Part shown: positions 40,599 through 53,914 of the stretch, piece by piece | How positions within the stretch are numbered: the stretch's first letter is position 1 | Layout: every line of letters starts with the position of its first letter | NCBI GenBank assembly: GCA_964016885.1 | Contig: OZ024742.1 | Span: 321,036,001 to 321,100,000, forward strand | Direction: 5' to 3' | DNA length: 64,000 bases | Source: Eledone cirrhosa | Taxonomy: Eukaryota | The notes under the pieces: model-generated | Database searches by the model: none | The model's input: the letters and a program-made list of their open reading frames with translations, nothing else | What the model was told of the DNA's origin: nothing | Program-made: the position numbers and the translations under genes

Positions 40599-41833
40599 CA
40601 TCAGTAGTAATAATAACAATAACAACATGCTTTGATGTACTTGCTGCTTTTTATCGCTTGCTTAGGAGAGAAGGCAACGTCCATGGTCGTGTTCAGTAGT
40701 AGGGAAAGTAGAAGGTATCTTCAAACCTTTATTGAATGCTTGCAACAGAATGGATTATGTTTGATGGAAGGAGAGTTAAGATATTCTCCGATGAGCGACC
40801 TGCTCTAAGTAGGGAGTGAATTATAGGGATGGAGGGGAGAAGATATCTTCAAATCAGAATCCTGCCCTGGTTGCTTGCAACAGAGTGGAAAAGGGACAGA
40901 AGGAAGGTGGGAAGGAACAAGATATCCTCAGACCAAATTGCTTGCAACAGAAGGGATTAGGAAGGAGTTATACTCAAACCAGAGACCTAGCCTGAATGCT
41001 TGCAATAGCCACCTCTAAAGTCATCCAAAGGTGAGATATTTTTGTTAAACCATGTGACACAAGCAACAGCATAATTTGAACTCAGGTGTGCTCAGTCAAG
41101 GGTTATCAAGGGTTAAACAAATGTCACTCATATCGTACATTTCCAATTTAGATAAATAGAAGACACGTAGTTCGTCTCGTCTTTCGTTTGCCTTTAATTC
41201 CTGATTGTGTCATAGCGACATCATCGTTTCATGCAGAGTGTCTTGGGTACTTAAACCCGAGGGAGCCTACCTCTCTCCAGGTCGGGGCACAGCCGATTTC
41301 TTCCAGAGAAAGAGGGGGAAGGGAGGGGGGGAGAGAACCGTCCTTATTGTTGAACTTGTACTTTATTTATTGACCTCGAAAGAATGAATGGAAAAGTTGA
41401 CCTTGGCAGCGTGCAGAGAGCTTGCAGCAAACTGCAAAACATTCTATTCGACGTTCGAATGACAGCCACTTTACTGCCATTGATATTGTCCTGCTGATAA
41501 AAAGACGGTGTAGTCATCACTGTAATGCCTTTCATCATAGGTATGCTCGATCAATTTTGACCTTGGGCTAAACAACAACAATACCAAATAACGATAAAAT
41601 AAATAACTGAAGCCAACGAGGGAACATTTGTGTGCTCACCCACTTTGATAAAAATAGCAACCAAATGTCCCTCAATCGTACCTTGTCGCCTTAAAAAAGA
41701 AAACACGCTTTCATTGAAACAAAGGCAGGGTGGTCACGATTGAAGTGTCTTTGAGCTGGATGTATAGAGAAAAAATAATTAAAGTGTTTCCATGCCTGTT
41801 CATTTTCATGGCGTGGCTTATAAAGCACACGCG

Positions 41834-41914
<81 letters not shown>

Positions 41915-41949
41915 ATCTTGTATATATATATATATATATATATGAATAT

Positions 41950-42313
41950 TAGGGTGGCCCTTATTTTTCAACTTTCTAAAAGTTTAGCTCCCCCCTATCT
42001 TGTTTCAATTAACAGAAAACCAATTCATGCAAAACATTATCTGAAGCAGATCCTCATCGACCGTCAAATGTTGAAGCTTTCGCCCAGAAAGTTATTTTTT
42101 CAGATAAAATTTTTTTATCTCTTATATAATTTTCTCTTAAATTAAAAACTTGTTCAGACTTATTCTTGGTATTAGAAGGATAAATGACATAAATATAATG
42201 GGGAAGGCAATTTGCAAAGCTGGGGACAGGGCGCAGGTATAGGGCAAACACCTATTTTTCGCTGTGGGAGCAGCAAAATTTAAACTTTCAGAAAATTACC
42301 TATTGCCCCCCTA
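41950..42313. mobile_element. Possible hAT-type MITE
   Basis: Ends are TAGGGTGGC ... GCCCCCCTA. No matching TSD seen. Confidence 0.4.
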
Positions 42314-42499
42314 ATATACACATATCCGTATGTAGTTGACAGCTGAGAGAAATGAGTACTCGATATTGAGTAATATGGATATATATACATAGATACATAT
42401 TTATATATATGTATATATGTACTCTCCTTACTCTCCTTGCTTTCATATTTCTCCATGTTCTGCTTTTCTCATTGTATTTGTATATAAACAAGTACATCG

Positions 42500-43480
42500 A
42501 TACAAGGAGAAAAGGAGAAAAGAAGAGCAAGGAGAGCAAGGAGAGCAAGGAGAGCAAGGAGAGCAAGGAGAAAGGGAGAGCAAGGAGAGCAAGGAGAAAA
42601 GGGGAGCAAGGAGAAAAAGGAAAGCAATGAGAAAATGAGAGGAATGAGAGCAAGGAGAACAGGAGAGCAAGGAGAGCAAGGAGAGCAAGGGGAGCAATAA
42701 GAAAAGAAGAGTAAGGAGAACAATGAGAAAGGGAGAGCAATGAGAGCAAGGAAAGCAATGAGAAAATGAGAGCAATGAGAGCAAGGAGAAAGGGAAAGCA
42801 AGGAGAGCAAGGAGAGCAATAAGAAAAGAAGAGTAGGGAGAACAATGAGAAAGGGAGAGCAAGGAGAGCAAGGAAAGCAATGAGAAAATGAGTGCAAGGA
42901 GAGCAAGGAGAACAGGAGAGCAAGGAGAGCAAGGAGAGCAATAAGAAAAGAAGAGTAAGGAGAACAATGAGAAAGGGAGAGCAATGAGAGCAAGGAAAGC
43001 AATGAGAAAATGAGAGCAATGAGAGCAAAGGGAAAGCAAGGAGAGCAAGGAGAGCAATAAGAAAAGAAGAGTAAGGAGAACAATGAGAAAGGGAGAGCAA
43101 GGAGAGCAAGGAAAGCAATGAGAAAATGAGAGCAATGAGAGCAAGGAGAAAGGGAAAGCAAGGAGAGCAAGGAGAGCAATAAGAAAAGAAGAGCAAGGAG
43201 AACAATGAGAAAGGGAGAGCAAGGAGAGCAATGAGTAAAGGAGAGCAAGGAGAGCAAGGAGAGCAAGGAGAAATGGAGAGCAAGGAGAGCAAGGAGAAAA
43301 GGAGATCCAGGAGAACAAGGAGAAAGGGAGAGCAAGGAGAACAATGAGTAAAGGAGAGTAAGGAGAGCAAGGAGAGCAAGGTGAACAAGGATAAAAGGGG
43401 AGCAATGAAAAATGGAGAGCAAGGAGAAAAAGGAGAGGAACGAGAGCAATGAGAAAAAGAAACCAACGAGAGCAACAAGA
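42500..43480. repeat. Purine-rich 9-bp minisatellite (GGAGAGCAA) with ~120-bp higher-order units
   Basis: Direct reading. Confidence 0.95.
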
Positions 43481-43489
43481 AAAGTACAT

Positions 43490-43820
43490 TCTGCACCAAA
43501 ATGACTTTTCTCTCTTTACAAACATTGAATTTTCGTCTTTTGTAACTCCTGGTACAAAAACTTTTTTCACAAGATTTTCTATCAGTACCGATTTCCTTGA
43601 CAAGGACCCTTCAACATGGAAGGATGATCCTGGTTACAAAAGTGGACTTGAAAAACTTGAGAAGACAGTGGTCGTGAATGATGTTGCAGAAAGAGGTATC
43701 AAACACATTCAGGATTAAAATAAAATTCTCACATAAGATGAAACTGAGAAACAATTTGTTTTACAGAAACCAAAACCGTAAAACATACCCAACATAAGTA
43801 AGTATGTTTTGAAACAGTGA
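43490..43820 (+). mobile_element. DNA transposase C-terminal remnant (hAT-like)
   Basis: FLDKDPSTWKDDPGYKSGLEKLEKTVVVNDVAERGIKHIQD. The VNDxAERG motif is typical of a hAT-related transposase C-terminus. Stops follow. Confidence 0.7.
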
Positions 43821-43930
43821 GCAGGTTTGAAATTAGAAAATAGAATAGCTTTGACCGTATTTTTGACTAAAGGAATTTTAGCCTGATAATGGGGTTTAGA
43901 ACCCTCAGATAAATGGAAAAAGATGAGTAT

Positions 43931-44001
43931 TGAATACCATGGGAGTCGAACCCACATCTTTGGTTATCGCGACCACTGTGCTACCATTACACCAACACAT
44001 C
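43931..44001 (-). tRNA. Inverted copy of the tRNA-like unit, acceptor stem degraded
   Basis: Reverse complement of 44090-44160 with changes in the acceptor stem. Confidence 0.5.
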
Positions 44002-44089
44002 ACCCATCTTTTTCCTGTTTCAAAACATTCTTACTTGTCATTTAAACTCGCTAAGAATGTAGCTTCTAATTTGGATGAAAGAGATGGGT

Positions 44090-44160
44090 GATGTATTGGT
44101 GTAATGGTAGCACAGTGGTCGCGATAACCAAAGATGTGGGTTCGACTCCCATGTACGTCA
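44090..44160 (+). tRNA. tRNA-like cloverleaf with non-canonical anticodon loop (probably not a translational tRNA)
   Basis: Acceptor GATGTAT/GTACGTC+A, D arm GTGT-AATGGTA-GCAC, anticodon arm TGGT-CGCGATA-ACCA and T arm GTGGG-TTCGACT-CCCAT. TTTTT at 44170-44174. Confidence 0.65.
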
Positions 44161-44244
44161 ATACTCATCTTTTTCCATTCATCTGAGGGTTCTAAACCCC
44201 ATTATTAGGCTAAAATTCCTTTAGTAAAAAATACGGTGAAAGCT

Positions 44245-44277
<33 letters not shown>

Positions 44278-44781
44278 GTAATTGTGCATGTACGTACACA
44301 GTTATGTGTATATGTATGTACGTTCATAATACACAATTATGTGTGTGTATATATATATATATATACACACATAATTGTGTATTATGAGCGTACATAGATA
44401 TACACACACATATATATACACATATATATATAATGAAAATAAAAGTTACGGGCGAAAGAGGGGAATATCCATCGTCAGTTGTCTGCTAGGAATCATAGGT
44501 ATTTCTTCGCGTTAGAGACAAGATACCTCAGCCTTGGGCGAGCAATAACTAAAATAAGTTATTGGGATAAAGAAAGGGGGGGGTTAGTTAGACACGAAGG
44601 GTGAAGCAACGTAAAGAGAGGAAAAATATCAAGTCAACAACTCATTTCGAACATAAGTTCTGTCGAGTTTGACGAGAGAAAAAAAACACGTCTTAACTGT
44701 AGCCGTGTGAGCAAGAGAAGATACTGCTTACAGTGGCGGACGGGGGAGGAAGTGAGCTAGCGGAGAGAGGGTGACTAGCAA

Positions 44782-44845
<64 letters not shown>

Positions 44846-45030
44846 CTATACTATACTTGGGGAGGGTCATATTTGTGTAATATTGCCAGAATTAATAACA
44901 GAACACACTCACTGTTTGGTTGGTTTTCGCTTTTCGCTTCTGTGTCTTTCATATCGGTTATTTAATTTATTCGGTCCTCAGTTGCCATTGACTGACCAAC
45001 GGTCAAAATTACAGATACAATATATACACA

Positions 45031-45063
<33 letters not shown>

Positions 45064-45243
45064 CATCCTTCAACATAATTCTAATAAATATTGCCTGTAC
45101 AGGTAATGAAAATGTGTATATATTTTGGGGGACACCCGTATACATACATACATACAGACATACATATAGTTGTAGGGTTGCAAGGAAAATGCCTCCGTAG
45201 ACGGTATGCCGGTTGAGCACTCGATGCTCGCGCAGAGTATAAT

Positions 45244-45320
45244 ATTATAAAGAACGAGGAATCAGTGTTCCATCATCTCACATTTAAATGTGAGATGATG
45301 GAACGCTGATGCCTCGTTCT

Positions 45321-45330
<10 letters not shown>
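45244..45330. mobile_element. Short fold-back abutting (TA)n
   Basis: Near-perfect palindrome centred on CATTTAAATG. Confidence 0.75.
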
Positions 45331-45356
<26 letters not shown>

Positions 45357-45733
45357 TATGCTAGAGTGGAAGATGGACGTTAAACGTTGATGATGATGAT
45401 ATATATATGCATGTGTGTGTATGAAGTACATATATATATATAGGTGCGTGCGGGTGTATGGCCAAAAATGGGGTTAGGCCACAAAGACGCTGGCGATCTG
45501 TCTATAAATGGGCCAGTCTGTGTTTATAAGATCTAAACGAAGCCACGCAAAATAGAAAAATTTGGAAAGAAAACTAGGTGGGTTAGTGCGTAATCTGCCG
45601 CCGCAGGCAGAGATAGCGAATGATGATGATGATGATGATGATGATGACGAGGAGGAGGAGGAGGAGGAGGAGGAAGAGGGGGGGTGATGATGGTGGTGGT
45701 GGTGGTGGTGGTGAGGATGATGATGATGATGAT

Positions 45734-45768
<35 letters not shown>

Positions 45769-45952
45769 CATATATATAAAAATAATAGATTAAAGTTTAA
45801 GCAAAGAATCGCTGCTTTCACCCTTAACGATTCTTTGCTTAAACTTTAATCTGTTATTTTAATAAATATTTGCTCTATGGTTTTTATATATTTGATATAT
45901 ATTTATCCTTCTCGAGCCCTCTTTAGATTTTAGTCTTCACGTTTATTATTAT

Positions 45953-46003
<51 letters not shown>

Positions 46004-46010
<7 letters not shown>

Positions 46011-46296
46011 ACTAGAGATTGATTAACATATAAATATACATGAATAATCACAGGAGATAATTTTTGCTCGCGTGTAACCACGCATAGCTAGTGTGGTTAC
46101 ACGCGAGCAAAAATTATCTCCTGTGATTATTCATGTATATTTATATGTTAATCAATCTCTAGTTATTATAATATGATCGGATTTATCTTTGAGCTTAAAT
46201 TCCCAGGATATATGGCGCATGCATTATGACATGACACCCATGATTTCGATTTAAATTAAATTCACTTAATTCATTTTATCTTAATTTTGGATTTAG
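46004..46296 (+). mobile_element. Fold-back element in (TA)n with ~78-bp arms and a 125-bp tail
   Basis: 46004-46082 is the reverse complement of 46091-46170. Confidence 0.82.
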
Positions 46297-46329
<33 letters not shown>

Positions 46330-46352
46330 GTAATAATAATAAACGTGAAGAC

Positions 46353-46431
<79 letters not shown>

Positions 46432-46690
46432 TTAAATACCTCAAGGAAAGTGAAACTTCGAGCTATTTAATTGTAAGAGACTATTTTGAGTTTCTAACTC
46501 AATATATACCTTTTATATATTCGGCTCCGTCAATTTGTAGAGCTAACTTAAATGTCCAGTAAACTTGGCTGCTATTTTTTGTAGCATAGGTTTGTGAGAC
46601 ACGCTGAGTATTGATGCCATGTGCGTTATTTTATATACGCACAATAGTCAGTTTTCTGATATAATTAGAAGGGAGGGGTTTACTAATTTT

Positions 46691-46773
46691 ACACCCACTG
46701 ATGAGCTATGAAATGGTATTCTTCTTCACTTAAATTGCGAATTCGCCAATTCCGCCAAAAGCTGTCTGGGTGT
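46691..46773 (+). ncRNA. Degenerate type I hammerhead
   Basis: Perfect stem I ACACCCA/TGGGTGT closes CTGATGA and GTC. GAAA is changed to GAAT and stem III is decayed. Confidence 0.6.
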
Positions 46774-46941
46774 TTGGTATATATGTTTGCTCTATATCGG
46801 TTTGTATTTATTTTCTTGATTTATTCTTTTAAATTGAGTCTGGCAAACCCTTATGGTTATAGTTAGTATTTTTTTCACTCTAACGATCCTGGTCCCTTAC
46901 GATATGTCTATATATCTGTGTTTTATTTCTCTTTTATATTC

Positions 46942-46972
<31 letters not shown>

Positions 46973-47136
46973 AGACCAGAAAAATCATTATGCAGCATAG
47001 TATGTAGAAGAGTGAAGATATTGTTATATGTATTCTTCGCCCGATGGTTAATTTTATACCGTTCCGATAGCCATTGAAATGGTATAAGCTTAGCCGTTGG
47101 GCAAAGACTCCTAATAATATAGGCACAAGGTTAGGG

Positions 47137-47721
47137 CGGTGGATTGGCAGTATCAGTAGAGGGTCGGACGCCATGCTTTCCAGCATAGTTACGTCCCTTT
47201 ACGATCTGAGTTCAAATCCAGCCGAGGTTGACTTTGCCTTTCATCCTTACGGGGTCGATAAAATAAAGTACCAGTAATGTACTGGGTAATTGCTGGCCTT
47301 GTGCCTAAAGTAGAAACAATTATATAGGCACAAGGCCTTCAATTTGAAGGGGAGGGGAGAGTCGATTAAATTGACCCAGTGCATTACTGGTGCTTTATTT
47401 TATCGACCCCGTAAGGATGAAAGGCAAAGCTAACCTCGTCGGGATTTGAACTCTGAACGTAAAGGGCCGCAACTCTTTGCTGCAAAGCAGTGCGTCCGGC
47501 GCTCTACTGATACCACCAATCCACCATCCTAAATATATTAATTGTTTCTACTTTAGGCACAAGGCCAGCAATTATCCAGTTCATTACTGGTACTTTATTT
47601 TATCGACCCCGTAAGGATGAAAGGCAAAGTTAACCTCGGCGGGATTTGAACTCAGATCGTAAAGGGACGTAACTATGCTGGAAAGCATGGCGTCCGACCC
47701 TCCACCGATACTGCCAATCCA
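47137..47721. mobile_element. Cluster of three tRNA-SINEs (+ 47137-47321, - 47326-47525, - 47539-47721)
   Basis: Same family as 5871-6057. Confidence 0.9.
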
Positions 47722-47729
47722 TATTAATA

Positions 47730-47791
<62 letters not shown>

Positions 47792-48568
47792 TTACAAATA
47801 CAGGTGGGTATGTGTTTCTGTATGTGTGTGTATGCGTGCGTGCATGTGTGTGCGTGCATCTGTGCATGTCATCATAGCTTATCTAAAAGTTGACACACAT
47901 TTCATTCAAATCTTTATATATGTGTGCAACCATCGTACCCGGAATTCCATCCTTTTCCTCGCAAACATACATACATACATATATACACACACATGATGAT
48001 TGCTACAACTCGATTTCTAGTAATGCCATCACTTGTTACTTAAGCATAAGCAGCACGGACATGGTTTTCAGTCCTACAAGGGGCATGCATGCCTACGGCC
48101 AGTCATGTCATGCAACGCAAATGTCACATATCAAGCTACGCCTGTGCTTGAAGCCTTTTTAAGTGAAGAAAGGCTTTGCACGGGTCCAATCCCACTCTCT
48201 GAACATTGAATGCATTTACCCAAAAAGTAGAACTGATCTACATCATTAGATGCAAAAGAAGTCGCAGGTTTTATATCAGAGTGACCTTCTCCTTGAGAGA
48301 TGTCTTAATGAAAACTAGGGGGTCCCTCACTCCAAAGCCCCATTGAAAAAAAAATTACTTTATTGGATGGCCGTTGACTTTCCTGAGTTCTTACGCCCTT
48401 AGACGGGTTTTGTTTTTCATCCCGCAGGGTGTCCAAAATCACCCTCCTCGCTAAGAAAGCTTGGTGGGGTTATACACACTCTCACACACACACACATACA
48501 CACATACACACAAACACAGACATATATACATATAATAAGGAGTTGACGGACCCAGCATATTTATCAAT

Positions 48569-48601
<33 letters not shown>

Positions 48602-48885
48602 GGAGAGAGAGAGAGCGACATATACAAATATACAAACAGTCTCTATCACTTTCCCTCTCTCTCTCTCACTTTCCCTCGTCCACTCTCTCTCTGACTTTCC
48701 CTCACTCACTCTCTTACCCAAAGTTTCACTTTATCATTCACTTCTTTCTGTCTTCCTTTCACTCTTACATTTTTCACTTTCTTTTTCTGGTTTTCTTTCA
48801 CTCTGTTTCTCTCTCTCTCTCTATCTCTATCTATATCTCTATCTCTCTCTCTCTATCTCTCTCACTCCCACCCACCCACCCTCTC

Positions 48886-48950
<65 letters not shown>

Positions 48951-49109
48951 TTCGTTACATTTTTGTTTATTTCACTTTCCATTGAAAATATCTTGGCTGT
49001 TTTTTCTTTCATGAAATCTTTTCAACGTTTCTTAGAATCTCTTCACAATTTAAACAATTAGCGAAAAAATGTCTCAGTCTGTCTCTCTCTTTCTCTTTCT
49101 CTCACCTTC

Positions 49110-49177
<68 letters not shown>

Positions 49178-49309
49178 GAGCGGAACAAGCAAACATTAAA
49201 CAATCTTTTAAATAAATTAAAATATATATAAATATATATATATATACATATACATATATATATATTTATACATATATGTATATATGTATATATATATATA
49301 TGTATGTAA

Positions 49310-49365
<56 letters not shown>

Positions 49366-49385
49366 AAGTATATATATATATATAA

Positions 49386-49435
<50 letters not shown>

Positions 49436-49486
49436 GTATAGATATAGATATATACAGACAACGTACGAAGCCGAATTTTCGGCTGA

Positions 49487-49560
<74 letters not shown>

Positions 49561-49598
49561 AAACAAAGAACGCCTACATACTCATACGATTTTTATTC

Positions 49599-49643
49599 GC
49601 TGACAATGTTTCATGCATACCGTGGGGCAGGAATCATCAGAGC
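49599..49643 (-). ncRNA. Type I hammerhead motif
   Basis: The minus strand reads GCT-CTGATGA-TTCCTGCCCCACGGTATGCAT-GAAA-CATTG-TC-AGC. Confidence 0.65.
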
Positions 49644-50107
49644 TTTATAAACAAAAATATAGTGCTGAGTATAAGCTCTACCAAGCTTAGTCACACGAAC
49701 ATAGTAAACCTGCACATAAACAGGCACCACATCAATACAAGCCAAACACAGACAAAACGGGGTTAATGCATGATCAAGCGGAAGCAAATAATACACAACA
49801 AATATGATTTAGTCCCTGTATAAGGCACATCTGGCGAGGCGTCACAACATATGTATTTCACCTAGACTGGATTACCATCTACGGACGATCTTCTTATATT
49901 ATAACTCCTCGCCAATCGGGGCATATGAAACCGATTGGAATAACATCTACGGTGGATATACATATGTCGCGACTCCTCGCCAGATGTGCCTTATACAGGG
50001 ACTAAACCATATTTGTTGTGTATTATTTGCTTCAGCTTGATCTTGATAATGTTCGTGTGACTAAGCTTGGTAGAGCTTATACTCAGCACTATATTTTTCT
50101 TTATAAA

Positions 50108-50152
50108 GCTCTGATGATTTCTGCCCTACGGTATGTATGAAACATTGTCAGC
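50108..50152 (+). ncRNA. Type I hammerhead motif
   Basis: GCT-CTGATGA-TTTCTGCCCTACGGTATGTAT-GAAA-CATTG-TC-AGC. Stem II is weak. Confidence 0.65.
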
Positions 50153-50266
50153 GAACAAAAATCGTATGAGTATGTAGGCGTTCTTTGATTTCCTGAGCTA
50201 ATACAATACTGTTACAAATACGACACGGTGCAGATGCGTTTATGCACATACGCTACGTTGTCTACG

Positions 50267-50410
<144 letters not shown>

Positions 50411-50529
50411 ATTCCGGGTTGAATCGGGGGTAACCACAATAAGTAAGGTACTCAATACATAGCACGAATGAAACAGTTCTAGTCCTGTAGAAGCTCTTCT
50501 ATATTTTAAAATATATATATATATATATC

Positions 50530-50741
50530 AAGTATAAAGAAAGTGCTCAAGCGCAGAAATGCAATAAAGATAGCTTCTAAAATAGGGTGAAGACATTTAT
50601 AAGACGGATAAAGGTGTTGCCATTGGCCGCAGGGGGTTCAATTCTTCATAGCGGGCGATGGTTACTTCTTTTAAGGGTCTTCACCCTATTTTATAACCTA
50701 TCTTTCTAGCATTTCTGACCTTCAGCATATTCTTTATACTT
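50530..50741. mobile_element. Older fold-back element between TA tracts
   Basis: AAGTATAAAGAA..TAAAATAGGGTGAAGAC / GTCTTCACCCTATTTTA..TTCTTTATACTT. Confidence 0.7.
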
Positions 50742-50761
50742 AATATATACATATATGCACA

Positions 50762-50863
50762 CAGGGTGTCCTAAAAAATGTATACCCACTTTGACTACCT
50801 CTACAGGCGATATTTATTAGATTGCTGTTGAATTGTGTATATATTTTTTTGGGGGACACCATA
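50762..50863. mobile_element. ~100-bp Tc1/mariner-type MITE (partial relative 45068-45140)
   Basis: TIRs GGTGTCCTAAAAAATGTATAC / GTATATATTTTTTTGGGGGACACC. Confidence 0.6.
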
Positions 50864-51150
50864 TATATATAACGGTGGTACCCCAGCATGGCCTCAGCCG
50901 GTTGGCTGGAACAGGTAAAAGGGTAAAAGATATATATATATATAGGAAAATGTTTGACCCCGACGGCAGAGCTCAAGCCGTTTCGACGGCTATTTCTGGA
51001 CTAAATTGAATTTAGTCCAGAAATAGCCGTCGAAACGGCTTGAGCTCTGCCGTCGGGTTCAAACATGTTCCTATTACCTACTCTACTACCCTCATTATTG
51101 AGTACTCTGCTGCGTTATGGTCCCTCACGTTCCTTACCACACCTCCTTCG

Positions 51151-51189
<39 letters not shown>

Positions 51190-51192
<3 letters not shown>

Positions 51193-51326
51193 GGGTCCGC
51201 CGAGCTGCCGATTATTGAGTCGGGTAAGATCGATATAGATCGATCCTTGAGCTGATCAGTGGCGAAACGCGCGTCACCTACCAATAAATGTAATGAAGGA
51301 GTAACCAATCGACCTTGTTATCCTTT

Positions 51327-51330
<4 letters not shown>
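51190..51330 (+). mobile_element. (TA)n-flanked unit with degenerate hammerhead (truncated relative 39165-39268)
   Basis: GGT-CCGCCGA-GCTGC..GTGGC-GAAA-CGCGCG-TC-ACC, then AATAAA. Confidence 0.5.
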
Positions 51331-51425
<95 letters not shown>

Positions 51426-51480
51426 CGTAATTGTGCATATACGCACGTACACAGTATGTACGTTGATAATACACAATTAT

Positions 51481-51837
51481 TTGTGTGTGTGTGTGTGTCT
51501 GTGTCTGTGTCTGACTGTGTCTGTATGTGTCTGTGTGTGTCTGTATGTGTATGTGTGTGTGTGTGTGTGTGTCTGTGTCTGTATGTGTCTGTGTGTGTCT
51601 GTATGTGTGTGTGTGTCTGTGTCTGTGTCTGACTGTGTCTGTATGTGTCTGTGTGTGTCTGTATGTGTGTATGTGTGTGTGTGTGTCTGTGTCTGTGTCT
51701 GACTGTGTACTGTGTATGTATGTGTGTGTGTGTCTGTGTCTGTGCCTGTGTCTGACTGTGTCTGTATGTGTCTGTGTGTGTCTGTATGTGTGTGTGTGTC
51801 TGTGTCTGTGTCTGACTGTGTCTGTATGTGTATGTGT

Positions 51838-51874
<37 letters not shown>

Positions 51875-52122
51875 TGTGTCTGACTGTGTTTGTATGTGTC
51901 TGTGTGTGTCTGTATGTGTGTGTGTTTGTGTGTGTGTCTGTGTCTGTGTCTGACTGTGTTTGTATGTGTCTGTGTGTGTCTGTGTCTGACTGTGTTTGTA
52001 TGTGTCTGTGTGTGTCTGTATGTGTGTGTGTTTGTGTGTGTGTCTGTGTCTGTGTCTGACTGTGTTTGTATGTGTCTGTGTGTGTCTGTGTCTGACTGTG
52101 TCTGTATGCGTCTGTGTGTGTC

Positions 52123-52162
<40 letters not shown>

Positions 52163-52338
52163 TGTGTCTGACTGTGTTTGTATGTGTCTGTGTGTGTCTG
52201 TATGTGTGTGTGTTTGTGTGTGTGTCTGTGTCTGTGTCTGACTGTGTCTGTATGTGTCTGTGTGTGTCTGTATGTGTGTGTGTTTGTGTGTGTGTCTGTG
52301 TCTGTGTCAGACTGTGTCTGTACGTGTCTGTGTGTGTC

Positions 52339-52382
<44 letters not shown>

Positions 52383-52968
52383 TGTGTCTGACTGTGTTTG
52401 TATGCGTCTGTGTGTGTCTGTATGTGTGTGTGTGTGCGTGTGTGTGTGTGTGTGTGTGTCTGTGTCTGACTGTGTCTGTATGTGTCTGTGTGTGTCTGTA
52501 TGTATGTGTGTGTGTGTGTGTCTGTGTCTGTGTCTGACTGTGTCTGTATGTGTCTGTGTGTGTCTGTATGTGTGTGTGTGTGTGTGTGTGTCTGTGTCTG
52601 TGTCTGTGTCTGACTGTGTCTGTATGTGTCTGTGTGTGTCTGTATGTGTGTGTTTGTGTGTGTGTATGTATGTGTCTGTGCCTGTGTCTGTGTCTCTGTG
52701 TGTCTGTATGTATCTGTGTGTGTCTGTATGTGTGTGTTTGTGTGTGTGTCTGTATGTGTCTGTGTGTGTCTGTATGTGTGTGTTTGTGTGTGTGTCTGTA
52801 TGTGTCTGTGTGTATCTGTATGTGTGTGTTTGTGTGTGTGTCCGTATGTGTCTGTGTGTGTCTGTATATGTGTGTGTTTGTGTGTGTGTCCGTATGTGTC
52901 TGTGTGTGTCTGTATATGTGTGTGTTTGTGTGTGTGTCTGTATGTGTGTGTGGGTGTGTCTGTGTGTG
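51481..52968. repeat. Complex (TG)/(TCTG) satellite with recurring TCTGACTGTGTCTGTATG unit
   Basis: Direct reading. Confidence 0.95.
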
Positions 52969-53260
52969 TTCGTATTCTTTCCTTACGCTTTCAGTTTCTA
53001 TATCGAGTATTTGTTGTTTGGAAGTTATAATTTCATTTTCTTTTTCAATATATATGTTTTTATTGCACACACACTCACACACATACACACACTCACACAC
53101 TCACACATACATACACACACACTCACACACACACACACACACACAGACACACAAACACACAAACACACATGCATTGTGACAGCTACTTTTTAAATAATGA
53201 TTTTAAGACTGCTAACGAATTGAATATATGTGTGTGTGTATATATATGTATATGTGTATG

Positions 53261-53475
<215 letters not shown>

Positions 53476-53693
53476 CGAAGGAATTGTGGTAAGGAACCAA
53501 ATGGACCATAACGCACCAGAGTACTCAATACTTAGGGTAGTAGAGTGGGTAATAGGAAAAGTATGACCCCGACGGCAGAGCTCAAGCCGTTTCGACGGCT
53601 ATTTCTGGACTAGTCCAGAAATACCCGTCCAGAAATAGCCGTAGAAACTGCCTGAGCTCTGCCGTCGGGGTCATACTTTTCCTATATATATAT

Positions 53694-53783
<90 letters not shown>

Positions 53784-53874
53784 AGGGTAAGATGCGGGCA
53801 GGTTAGCAGCTAGATTGAATGGTAAGCATTTATATAGCGAGGCAGAAGAGAATGGAAGACAGAGTGTTAGGAAT

Positions 53875-53914
<40 letters not shown>

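Larger units (their letters stand above)
43841..44250. mobile_element. Fold-back element carrying two divergent tRNA-like units
   Basis: About 175-bp inverted arms 43841-44015 / 44077-44250, ending at (TA)n. Confidence 0.85.
49564..50187. mobile_element. Large fold-back element with a hammerhead in each arm
   Basis: Arms 49564-49860 and 49950-50187 are reverse complements apart from one ~70-bp indel. Starts at (TA)n. Confidence 0.85.

Noticed and set aside
42300-43603. Overlapping 326-399 aa Leu/Ser-rich or collagen-like (GEQ) ORFs
   Set aside because: Translation of a 9-bp purine minisatellite that is open in several frames. The plus-strand GEQ frame is full of stops.
44440-44570. CTGAGGT/CTGACGA and GAAA motifs on the minus strand
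   Set aside because: No consistent stems I and II could be formed.
51274-53193. 608-aa His/Thr-rich and Cys/Val-rich ORFs
   Set aside because: (TG)n/(TCTG)n satellite translation.
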